Shown here: positions 34,432 through 45,191 of the stretch, piece by piece
How the letters are laid out: each line of letters starts with the position of its first letter
Position numbering within the stretch: the first letter of the stretch is position 1
Assembly: GCF_000400465.1 (NCBI RefSeq)
Contig: NW_008806277.1
Span: forward strand, 300,001 to 362,000
Reading direction: 5' to 3'
From: Wallemia ichthyophaga EXF-994
Lineage: Eukaryota; Fungi; Basidiomycota
DNA: 62,000 bases
Program-made: the position numbers and the translations under genes
Notes under the pieces: model-generated
What the model was told of the DNA's origin: nothing
Database searches by the model: none
Seen by the model: the letters and a program-made list of their open reading frames with translations, nothing else

Positions 34432-35398
34432 CTAACTGCTTTTCCTATTCCATTCCACTAGCTGATCGAACTTGACCTGAGTGCCGCCAAAGATATCAAG
34501 TGCGCTGTGGCTAGTGAGTTTACTTATATCGCAGTAAACATAGCCTACCTTCCATACGTAAGATCCACTTTGCCATGTGATAGGGTGTTCACTAGGTCCA
34601 AATCGTCAATGTCTGAGCAGTAAAAGTGAGAAACAAGACGAAAAGCACCATCAAAACCTACGCTTAGCACCGCCAGCGTATGTAGTTGGTATACTAACCC
34701 ACTCGCCGAGCTTCTGCACCAAATCCTCATCGATCCCATTACACAAACCCTCTACATCGGCAGCGTGGATGAGGAATTCTGAGCAAAACTGGCTAATCAA
34801 GCTGATAGAATCCTGTGTGACCTCCATATCGGTGAGGGTCTGCCATTTGTTCATGGCTACCACCCAGCGATTATCACGACGTCTGCAACTGAGATCCACG
34901 ACGAGTCTGTGCCTTCCAACAGACTGGGATACACTGCGCAGCCTCTCTAAGCTGAAAGAAGCGTCTGGGAAGAGGAAGCTAGTTACGATAACCTGAAATG
35001 GGTCTTGTGAGTTAAGCAAATGACGTGCAATCACGATAAGCCACCTTCTCTGCACCGGCCACAATCCACTGCTCTGCATTAGCGTCATTAATCCCACCGC
35101 CTACATGCATCGCGTCTGCATAAACAGCTTTAGTGCTTTGATAACGGCTATGTGGTGCAATCTACACACCGGGCCACGCTGCGACGGCGGAGAGGGCTGC
35201 ATCGTCATTTCCTGCGCCTAATTTTATTATGTGTCCGCCGATAAGCCCGTTATCGTGGTAAAGTCGCGCGTACTCTGCTGGAGCCATCTCTGCGACAAAG
35301 TTGGTGTGTAACGCCGCGGGATCGTTCGATAGAGTACCGCCAACGATCTGCTTGACGACGCCGCTGTGTAGATCGATGCACGGTCTGAATTTTGTCAT
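34432..35398 (-). CDS. HIS6: ProFAR isomerase (histidine biosynthesis), multi-exon
   Basis: [83 protein letters not shown]. Confidence 0.95.
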
Positions 35399-35454
35399 CA
35401 AAGGTTTTGCGTGTTGGGTGTTTTGAGCAAACCACCAACAGCAGCTATAGCACC

Positions 35455-37173
35455 ATGTTCAGGGCATTCCCCAATTCGGCAGTTAGAGTTGCCGGTGTTA
35501 GAGTTGCCGGCGTCTCGGCTCGGCGTATCAGTACACAGCCAGGCTCGGGCTCAGGCTTAGGCTCGCGCACACGCAACACACAACATCCCCACACTCACCA
35601 CTCACGCTCACACTCACACCCACGCCCACGCAAACCCACTTACGACGGCACTGGGAAGTTGCAGGCGAATGACTCGTACTTGCTCAGCCAGCGCGTCCGG
35701 GAGCTCAGCCAGCGTAGCAAATTCGACGAGGCACTTAAATTGGTCCTTAGTGAGAGCAGGGGCGAGGGGCTAGCGAATGTTGTTGTGTGGAACCAGCTTC
35801 TACAGGAATCCCGCGTGGCTCAAAACTCAAATCCCACAGAGACATACAAACTTTTTATGGACATGAAAAAAAGAGGTATCACCCCTAATTCCCGCAGCTA
35901 TACTATTCTTTTTAGAGCTTTTAGCGGCGGCGAGAAAGATCGTCCGTCAAAGAAGACTCTCGAGGCTGCATTGACCGTCTTCCGCCAGTTAGGCAGCTAC
36001 CACGCTTACCTGCGCGAGGAAATGGATGAAGAAATTATCCAAGAGGAAAGCAGTGTTCTTCCTATCAACGCTTACCTCGCTCTTCTCGCTAAAGTGGCCC
36101 ATTCTTACGAAATGATGAAAATTTTCGACGATATGGCTCAATCTGGCCCTAGCTCACCCGACCTGTACACCTACACCACCATCTTCCAGGGTCTACTACG
36201 CGCTGGCCAGGCAGAGGATGTGGAGCGTGGCCATGAGTTGTGGCGGGTGTATATCGCGCGTCTGAAACAGGCCAGTATTGATGCAGATAACGGCGCAGAT
36301 AATGCCACACAATCGCTCCAACGCCTCACCCCAGACACAGCACTCATCTCGAATGTCCTCCGTCTGTTCACAAAAGGCACGCCGAAAGACTGCAAAGCGG
36401 GTTTAATGATAGCCCACACCTTCCTCTCCGTCCCGGCCCCATCACCGTTTATAGAGAGACAAAAAGGGTATCTACCGCGAGTCGAACTGAACGACCGCGT
36501 CATAGATTCTCTATTCCACCTCGGTCTGGCTGCTGGGCGGCCGTCACTGGTGATACGTCATGCAGATCACCTCCTCAACCAGGAAAAGGTGCGCTCGTTT
36601 CTTCGCACGCGCAGCATGTTCTTCGCCCTCCTCGCCTGTGCGCGGGAAGGAGATGCGGGGAAGGCAATTGAGTATCTGCGGGTGATGCGTTCGCTCAAGC
36701 ATGGACAGCCAGATGCACAGTCATTCGAGCAGGCCATGGCTGCTGCTATGAGGGCGCAAAATGCGTCGTACAAGAAGGCCTGCGAGGTGTGGGAGATGGT
36801 GCAGGCTACCAAGACACCCGTAGACATACGCATTATGAGCTCACTCATGAAGGCGTCGCTTAATGAGAGGGATGTGGATGTGTGGGATGCGCTGGAGAAG
36901 CTGAGCGGATTCCCACTCTCAGCTTTCTTCAATGCGAAAACACATGCAGCACACCCCAATGACTCTCGCGGCCAGCTCAAACATCAGCAATTCTGGGAAC
37001 ATAGACTCGCTAAGAGCCTTTTGCAGGCTGTAGATAGAGTGGGGCGGGGTGAACACGTGAATATCCCTGGTAAAACGCGTAGACATGACGAGATGCTGGA
37101 TGAATACGCCGACATGGCGAGAACGGTGTTAGGAGTGGAGCAGAGAGCACCCCGCAAGCAACACAAGCAATAA
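35455..37173 (+). CDS. Pentatricopeptide-repeat (PPR) protein, probably mitochondrial
   Basis: Arg/Ser-rich presequence-like start (MFRAFPNSAVRVAG...) and PPR-like repeats NVVVWNQLL, KLFMDMKKRGITPNSRSYTILF and PDLYTYTTIF. Confidence 0.8.
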   Translation: MFRAFPNSAVRVAGVRVAGVSARRISTQPGSGSGLGSRTRNTQHPHTHHSRSHSHPRPRKPTYDGTGKLQANDSYLLSQRVRELSQRSKFDEALKLVLSESRGEGLANVVVWNQLLQESRVAQNSNPTETYKLFMDMKKRGITPNSRSYTILFRAFSGGEKDRPSKKTLEAALTVFRQLGSYHAYLREEMDEEIIQEESSVLPINAYLALLAKVAHSYEMMKIFDDMAQSGPSSPDLYTYTTIFQGLLRAGQAEDVERGHELWRVYIARLKQASIDADNGADNATQSLQRLTPDTALISNVLRLFTKGTPKDCKAGLMIAHTFLSVPAPSPFIERQKGYLPRVELNDRVIDSLFHLGLAAGRPSLVIRHADHLLNQEKVRSFLRTRSMFFALLACAREGDAGKAIEYLRVMRSLKHGQPDAQSFEQAMAAAMRAQNASYKKACEVWEMVQATKTPVDIRIMSSLMKASLNERDVDVWDALEKLSGFPLSAFFNAKTHAAHPNDSRGQLKHQQFWEHRLAKSLLQAVDRVGRGEHVNIPGKTRRHDEMLDEYADMARTVLGVEQRAPRKQHKQ

Positions 37174-37180
37174 CATTTGA

Positions 37181-37220
37181 ATGTATTCATGTATTCATGT
37201 ATTCATATATTCATATATTC
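37181..37220. repeat. 8-mer tandem (ATGTATTC)x3 (ATATATTC)x2 just after the PPR stop
   Basis: Read directly. Confidence 0.9.
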
Positions 37221-37298
37221 ATTATTTATTTTCTCTACGGGAATTTCCGGTTCGACGCGGCATCTCTCCGGCTTACGGCTTAGATCAACACACTGAGG

Positions 37299-39143
37299 AT
37301 GAAAATAACAGGCGCAACAAATATCCACAAATTAGGAGGCACTCAGGGGACACATGCAGCGCGGAACCTGATGCAGCTGACGCACTCTCCGTCGTGTGGC
37401 TGCTCGGCGTGTGGCAGTGGCAGTCGCAGTCTCAATTCTCAGAATGGGCCCGTCGGCGACAATGCATTTGAGGTGGGAGGCTAATTCTGCAGCGTAGAGA
37501 ATCACCTCACACCGCACTCTACACTCTACTCCAGATGCAATCGGCGGCTATCCGATTCGGTCATAACGTCACGAGAGAAGTCGGCCAAGATCTCGCGTCG
37601 ATGCGGGCGCGGATGGTGGGCGTGTACACGGATCCCACAGTAGCGCGACTGAGGCCAGTTAGAGCGGTGGGTGTGTGTCAGGTAGGTGTGCACCGCTAAC
37701 GCGCGTGCGCGTGCGCGTTTAGGTACTCGAGAGCCTCGAAGAGAACATGGTCCCACACAAGTTGTTCGAGCAGGTCAAATGTGAACCCAACGAAGACAGT
37801 TTGCAGGCAGCTATCGACTTTGCACGCCTGCACAACTTTTCCCATTTCGTTGCGTGAGCTAGGCCTAACTACTATCCGGACCACAAGCACTGACTATGGA
37901 TTCACAGCGTCGGCGGCGGCTCTACAATAGACACTACCAAAGTAGCCAACCTCTTCAGCGTTTACAAGAACGATCCTCTGCTCACCTTTGTCAATGCGCC
38001 CGTTGGGAAGGGGCAATTAGTGACGCAGCCGCTCAACCCGCTCATAGCGATTCCTACGACGGCCGGTACGGGCTCGGAGACGACTGGGCAGGCCATTTAC
38101 GATCATCAGAGCTTAGGCGCCAAGACGGGGATAGCGTCGCGCATGCTTAGACCCACTATGGGCATAGTGGATGCTTGGAATATCGACACATGTCCTGTGG
38201 AAGTGCATATAAGCGCTGGATTAGATACGCTATTTCACGCTCTCGAATCATACACCGCTATACCCTACACACAACGCTCACCACGCCCCCAGCACCCGTC
38301 GGAAAGACCCGCTTATCAGGGCGCGAACCCCATGTCGGATGTGTTTTCCCTCTGGGCACTCAAAACGACGGTCAAGAATCTGCCCAAGGTCGCAGCGGAC
38401 CCAACGGACAAACGCGCTAAAGAACAGATGCTCCTCGCTTCCACTTTCGCCGGCTACGGGTTCGGTACGGCTGGAGTGCACTGTGAGTCTTGAGGTTGTA
38501 AAAGTATGTGTTCTAACTGTGTCTTAGTATGTCACGCTTCTTCATACCCTGTAAGAAGGATTTTGATCATTAGAAACGAGAGAAGTCCTGACACTTTCAC
38601 AGATATCCGGCCTCAATAAGAAAGGTCCTCAGTATTGTCATCCGGGATATGAGGATGTAGGAGAAGCAATAATTCCACATGGCATCAGCGTCGCGTTGAC
38701 GGGACCAGCTGTGTTCAAGTTCACCACACCATCTAACCCCGCACGGCACCGCGAGGCTGCGGCTATCTTCGCTGGAATGGATATGGAACCGGCTGAGTGG
38801 GCCAGGCTTCCCGACAGCGATATCGGCCAGCTGCTCTAGTGAGTTGTGTGATTTTGTGGGGTGTATTGCTGACGTGAACTTTTCAGCGACCAGATTGTTG
38901 CTTTCTTGGGTAAGCTCGGCGTGCCAATGGGATTGAGCCGTGTGGGGTACACGCATTCGCATATTCCAGCACTGTGAGTCGGGTATCGGAGCGGGTAGAT
39001 GACTTTCTAATACAAACACTCTCAGCGTCGATGGCACGCTCCCGCAGAGGAGAGTCCTCAGTCTGGCGCCTAACTTTGACCCAGGTGTGGATGTGGCTAG
39101 GGAACATCTCGCTGGGATTCTCGAGTCGTCAATGAGGTATTGA
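37299..39143 (+). CDS. Hydroxyacid-oxoacid transhydrogenase (Fe-ADH family, ADHFE1/HOT), multi-exon
   Basis: NAFE|[81 protein letters not shown] and [14 protein letters not shown]; stop at 39141-39143. Confidence 0.9.
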
Positions 39144-39783
39144 GGGTAGTAATATTCAATGTCGCCACGATTATCATAATGCATAAAGCAGTCTAATGTA
39201 CATCTATAAATCCAACATGACATATGTCTTAAATCTATTCAAACAAATCGGCTCTCAGTACTTATTGGTAAAGTCAGTGAAGTGAGTTGCAATATGGTGG
39301 AGCGTGTCAATAGGTTTGATATTGAAGTTTTTTGTCTGACCTTTTGTGGCGTATTTAGCACGCATTTGACGCGTAGATGACGCGTAGATGACGCTTGCCG
39401 ATACGATTCCATCTGATAATGGATCAAATTTCGTTGAAAACCTCTCTACGATACGCTACTCTGCGGATGTCATCGAGGGTTCATTGGATGCACATTTTTC
39501 TTTTTAAATCTTACAAGAACGAAGAAAGTAGTAATATTGCAAGCCATTGTGATGATTACAACGTCAAGTATTATGATCTGTGTGACGTCACCTTGATCAA
39601 TCTGATATTACCATGGATAGAAGAGAGAGCAGAGGAAGAGGAATGGTGTGGATTTGATAGGGCTTTCCAAGGATATCAACATCTACGTCATAAATATCTA
39701 TCTGCTCATTAAAATTTATTTCAAGTCGTGGGGCCAAGGGATCCTAAGCGAAACGTCTTTTTCGTTCACAACGACAAACCAAA

Positions 39784-40098
39784 ATGAAGAGCACAACACA
39801 AGTATTCTACAAGCCATCACCTACCGAACACGAGACCTTCTCAGTGGTTGTAAACCCAGACGAGTACAAGAAGTGGTCACAAGGCGACAGGACGATCCCA
39901 TTGGTTGAAGTTGTCGACTCATTTGATATCTTCTACTCTGAACAAGGCTTCCAAGGCAAGTTGGGCAGAGCTTCAAAGCAGCAATTGGACAATGTTTTCG
40001 GTACTCACACTGATGACGTCGTCGTCGCAAAGATATTGGAAGCTGGTACTGATCAACCAACTGAATTGAGTGGTGGTAGCGCAATCAAGCATCGTTAA
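39784..40098 (+). CDS. RTC3: SBDS/Sdo1 N-terminal-domain protein (Rtc3/YHR087W-like)
   Basis: VFYKP...FSVVVNPDEYKKW...IPLVEVVDSFDIF...QGKLGRASKQQLDNVFGT...VVAKILEAG. Confidence 0.82.
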   Translation: MKSTTQVFYKPSPTEHETFSVVVNPDEYKKWSQGDRTIPLVEVVDSFDIFYSEQGFQGKLGRASKQQLDNVFGTHTDDVVVAKILEAGTDQPTELSGGSAIKHR

Positions 40099-40233
40099 AG
40101 GAATTTCATTTTGATCCTACGAAACGAATCTAACGAGAAAATTTGACGCATGTTTTACATTTGAATAATGAATTGATTTGGATGCATTTGTTTAACATGC
40201 TTGGGTATATGTGCGTGTACAATATACAAAGAC

Positions 40234-40659
40234 TTAATTTGATTTCTTAGTGTTGCCGTTATCATTCCACTTGACGGGATTCTTATTGTAACATGGCCAA
40301 GCTGGACCAACCACCTATCAAGAGTTAATTAGAGTGATATTATACTTGAAATTCACCCACAATCGCCGCAATTACGCATCCAGCCACGAAGATTATTCCC
40401 GTCACTTCAATTCTCTGCATAGCCCATCCAATGACGAATGCTATAATCTACATAACAAATAAGCACGCCTCTCACACTCCACATATACTCACCGTCGTTG
40501 TGGATATAATGTACTTCTGCAGACGCTCTGCTTTCAGTTGACCGATGTAGTCCTGGGGAGTTGGTGTAAGCGTGTTTACTGCAGCGTGCACTAAACAGCA
40601 ACATGAAACCCCAATCAACGTACAATTTCACCCGCCAAAAACCTCTGAATACGCTCCAT
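40234..40659 (-). CDS. SPC1: Signal peptidase complex subunit Spc1/SPC12, four exons (absent from the ORF track)
   Basis: Splicing three GT-AG introns gives MERIQRFLAGEI|DYIGQLKAERLQKYIISTTT|IIAFVIGWAMQRIEVTGIIFVAGCVIAAI|VVGPAWPCYNKNPVKWNDNGNTKKSN*. This has the IDF/YxGQ start, two TM helices and a PxWPxYxxNPVKW end typical of SPC12. Confidence 0.9.
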
Positions 40660-40677
40660 CGATGTTAGAACTCAACG

Positions 40678-41359
40678 ATGAAATTGGGATATTTGGGACC
40701 AGTTGGGAGTTATTCGAATATATTAACAGAGAAATACTTTGCTCACTCCACATACACTCTCCACCCGCACTCGCAGATACAGCAGCTCTTTGAAAATCTC
40801 GACAGCGACGCAATTGAGTTGGCGATTGTACCGATCAGGAATTCAACGTTTGGGGAGGTACGCGAGAGTGCTGAGGAGAGAGCAATACGGCCGAAGCTGC
40901 GAAAGCTAAGAGAATATTCACTCAAAGTGGAGCATTGTCTTGTGGGAAGGCAGGGAAGTAAGGTGGAAGACGTACAATTGGTCAGCTCACACGAGCAAGC
41001 GCTGGGACAGTGTAGGGAGTATTTAGCAGGCAGAGGCATAGCCAAACACCTCAAAGCATCTTCTACCGCTAACGCTACGCATTCTTTGTCAACACAAAAC
41101 TCAATTGAAGGCGTGGATGTGGGGAAATGTGCGAGTATCTGCTCAGAGAGTTGCGCAGGTTTGTTCGATAATCTTGCTATACTGGATAAAGGTATACAAG
41201 ATAACAAAGGTGGGCTAGATTAGCGGGGCTTTGATGGCTTTGAGTTGACTCGAATTTGCAGACAACACTACAACATTCTATCTCATGTCTTATAGAGATA
41301 TTGATGGGCATTCACAGTCACCAATCACCACTCAACAGAATAACCTTTTTGGTCTGTAG
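40678..41359 (+). CDS. PHA2: Prephenate dehydratase catalytic domain only (209 aa, one intron 41210-41261); no ACT domain
   Basis: LGYLGPVGSYS, AIVPIRNSTFGEV, LKVEHCLVG, VSSHEQALGQCREYL, SSTANA and GIQDNK|DNTTTFYL; stop TAG at 41357-41359. Confidence 0.8.
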
Positions 41360-41629
41360 GATTCACCGCTGTACTTGAAAGGCGCCAATTTCAACGGCAA
41401 GAAGGCGAAAAAGGTTAAATTGCGTAGAATTTATTGCTCATTATGTATTTCACATCCAAATCCCTTTTGCCGTATTCAAATTACTCCAATATACATGAAT
41501 TAGATTTATTTACGACCAGCTAGCTTTAGTAAGATTGAATGAACATCGTAGTAAACCTTCCCTCTGCCAAGCTGCCGACTTGAATCACTCCTTCTCAGTC
41601 CCTCTAACCCCAACCACCAACACTGCCGA

Positions 41630-42896
41630 ATGAACTCATTGAAGCTGATAGACAGAATTCTAACAGCGCCGTTGAGAAGATCGCGGAGGAGTAGATATAG
41701 GAGAGCTTATGCAAGTGCAGGTGGGTGGCCTTCCTGCCTTGTGTACGCCATTCTAACACGCATGCGTGATACAGACATACATCTACAATTCAATACACCT
41801 AGAGTGCGCAGCAATAGCCTAAATAGATCCATCTTCCAATATTTATACACTTTCTTTTCAAAAGCCGAGAAGCCGACGCATACGCAGCCAATCAACGACG
41901 AATCCAATCTACACAAGGAGAAGGATCAATTGGATGAGTTCTTGAGCGTCGATAGTAGCAGTGGCAGTGGTACTGTCAAGAAGCGCCCATCGTATCATGA
42001 TTTACTCACAAACCCACCAAAACAAAAACAATCAAACAAAACCAAAGACCAGCAAAATCCATTTGCGCGTGTGTTTTTTGCTTACATTACATGAAACCAT
42101 CTTACAAGTCCCAACAGCGCCCTTTAATAGGCGACGAACAACCTCTAGTGACGGTTTACTTCCGAATCCATTGCCTTCGCGAAATTTGTTGGCTGTGAGT
42201 GGTGGCAGTACAACTACAACACCTTCAACATCTTCATCGCCTTCTCATACCCCTTCAATCGTTGAGCAACAAAAGAAGTTGACAAGCAAGTCAACAGGCG
42301 TGCACATGCCAAAAACTTTGGTACTTGACTTGGATGAAACACTGATTCACTCTACTAGCAAAGCACCCGCACGTATCGCCAATTCTTTCAGTCTTGGTTT
42401 GAGAGGTGTTTTGCAGGGAGGCAGTAATGATGGCGGTGCACATATGGTTGAAGTAGTTTTAGGTGGTAGATCGGTACTCTATCATGTCTATAAACGACCT
42501 CACTTAGATTTCTTTTTAAAAAAAGTGGCTAGTTGGTATACACTTGTGATATTCACCGCATCAATGCAAGAATACGCAGATCCTGTTATTGATTGGATAG
42601 ACGGTGGCAGGGGGGTGTTTGCAAAGAGGTTATTCAGGGAATCATGCACACAAGCCTCGAATGGATCTTATATGAAAGATCTAGATGTTATAGATAAGGA
42701 CAACGATTTGAGTAGAGTAGCTCTAGTCGATAATTCACCTATCAGCTACTCGATAAATCCAGCCAATGGGATACCAATATCTGGGTGGATATCAGATCCC
42801 AACGATGAAGCGTTGCTCGATCTGCTACCATTTCTAGACAGTCTGCGCTTCACAACGGACGTTCGACGTGTTTTAGGAGTTAGAGGGTTTACGTGA
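41630..42896 (+). CDS. NEM1: NIF/FCP1-like HAD phosphatase Nem1 (CTDNEP1/Dullard-like)
   Basis: KTLVLDLDETLIHS (DxDxT), YHVYKRPHLDFFLKKVASWYTLVIFTASMQEYADPVIDW and WISDPNDEALLDLLPFLDSLRFTTDVRRVLG. Confidence 0.87.
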
Positions 42897-42909
42897 GTGT
42901 ATATATAAA

Positions 42910-43514
42910 TTACAAGTTATCAGACTTCCACGATTGAAGCCATGTAATAAATCTATCAGTATTGCTTTCTAAGTTGTCGAGATTTTCACTGTCAAGCTCA
43001 ACGACTTGGCCGGGGTTGGGGAAGGCTTCAAGAGCTTCATGAAGACATTCACCGAATATTTCAGCGTCGTTATTTTCGTTGATTTTCTCTGGGGTGTAAT
43101 TCCTGAGTGGGGTTTGAGTGTGAGTGAAAAACTTCAAAAACCAAAAGACGCGAGTACACACCGATCTTCAAGTCTCTTGAACAAAATCTGATGATCGCAT
43201 CGCAATACAATGATCAAATCGAGAGAAGATTCTGGGAATATCTCAGAACAATGCCAGTCTAGGATGCAACCACCGAGGTCTAAAAGGGGTTCGAGCTCGT
43301 CAAGGATTTTGTCATCGTCAACGTCGTAGCATTGGAATTGTTGATTATAACCGATATGAAGATCCTTGTGCTTGACCAAGTCGCCTACGCAAATATGGCT
43401 AAATTTGTTATCGGACTGCGAGTTGAGTGATTCCAGGAGACTCAAGGCCAGCGTAGATTTGCCAGTACCTGGAGTACCTGTGATGAGAATATTTGGCAAT
43501 TTTCTAGATGCCAT
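42910..43514 (-). CDS. FAP7: Adenylate kinase 6 / Fap7
   Basis: PNILITGTPGTGKST (Walker A), ILDWHC (hhhDxH motif), LRCDHQILFKRLEDR and a final exon with ENNDAEIFGECLHEA. Confidence 0.9.
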
Positions 43515-43541
43515 GGATGTAACCTCTTCAAACGCGTCATC

Positions 43542-44856
43542 ATGAGTGCAGCTGAAATTAATCAATTAAAAGGAATTTTGAGTGGCTGTAAGAGTTATTT
43601 GGTGGTGTAAACGCTAGCTTATTATATATCACAGCATCTGCCACTGCTACCTCCTCCGATGACCTCTTACGCCAGCAAGAATCAGCGCTTATTAGGCTCG
43701 GTGAAATCTACAGGGATCAGCAGAACTCCGCGGAGCTTAGCGGCGTTATTAACTCATCCAGATCGTTCATGTCTTCCACCGCCAAAGCTAAAACTGCGAA
43801 ACTGATACGCACTCTCATCGATTTCTTCGACCAAATTGAAAATAGCAGACAGGCACAGCTTAATTGCCTCGTTGACAATATCACCTGGGCTAAATCTGAG
43901 AAGAGAGTCTTCCTCCGCCAGTCCCTCGAGATCAGATTGGCTGGATTGTACTACGAATCCAAAGAATATAAGGCTGCGCTTGATTTACTTGATGGCCTCC
44001 TTAAAGAGCTCAAGAAGCTTGATGACAAGATTATTCTCACCCAGGTTCACAATTTGGAGTCAAAGATATACTACAGCACCGCGAACTATGTAAAGTCAAA
44101 AGCTGCGCTCACCTCAGCTAGAACTGCCGGAAACGCTATTTACTGCCCTCCTATCTTACAGGCTCAGCTTGACTTACAGTCTGGTATCCTTCACGCCAAC
44201 GACAGAGATTGGAAGACTGCTTTCTCGTACTTTTTCGAGACTCTTGAGGCTTTTTCTTCTCAGGACGATGATAGAGCTGTTAGCGCACTCAAGTATATGC
44301 TTTTGTGTAAAATTATGCTCAACTTGGTACGTGTTTTGTGTATACGTATTCCGTCACTAACACACTCCAGTCCGACGACGTCGACTCCATCATACAGAAC
44401 AAAATGTCTCAGCGTTACGCAGGCGCAAACGTTGAAGCTATGAAGGCAGTCGCACAGGCGCACAAGAAGAGATCATTGACAGACTTTGAGAAGGCTTTGA
44501 AGGACTACAAGCAGGAACTATCAGCTGATCCAATCATCAAGTCACACTTGAGCAGTCTCTACGACACTCTTCTCGAAAGCAACCTCCTCAAAATCATCGA
44601 ACCCTACAGTAGAGTCGAGATTGATTATATGGCTTCTCTCCTCTCACAGCCAGTCAACGCGATTGAGGGGAAGCTTTCACAGATGATTCTCGATAAGGTC
44701 TTCTATGGTATTATAGATCAGGGTAACAACTGCCTCATTGTTTTCGATCCGCCTCACCAAGATCACCTCTACGACGCTACTTTGAAAACTCTCGGTAATG
44801 TCGGTCAGGTGGTTAATGGATTGTTTGAAAAGACGGCAAGCTTGCAGTCAGTGTAA
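43542..44856 (+). CDS. RPN6: 26S proteasome lid subunit Rpn6 (PCI domain), multi-exon
   Basis: ESALIRLGEIYRD, AKAKTAKLIRTLIDFF, KRVFLRQSLEIRL, LKYMLLCKIMLN and PCI NLLKIIEPYSRVEI...LSQMILDKVFYGIIDQG. Confidence 0.95.
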
Positions 44857-45191
44857 AGTGTAGTGTGATCAAATGTATTTTATTTTCATGTGTCTTGTTG
44901 CAATCAGGTCTTGGATATTGAATGGGGTCTATGAAAATAACAAATGGTATGCGCTGCGTGCTATGGGATTTGTGATAAGTACTTAAAGGACATTGCTTAA
45001 ACTGTTCTCTTATGCGCTATGCGTCCACCTCTTTCCTCAAAAACTGCCATCATCCGGGTGCACGGACAGGAAGACTCGAAGCTGTTTACTAGGATAGTTA
45101 TAGACTACGTGCTGCTTGACTACACCACCCAATTCACCCAACTCACACCGGATTTGGTTCTATCGAAGGACACCCACGGAAATAGAAGGAC

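Noticed and set aside
38597-39223. 208-aa minus-strand ORF
   Set aside because: Antisense shadow of the HOT/ADHFE1 3' exons; no recognisable motifs.
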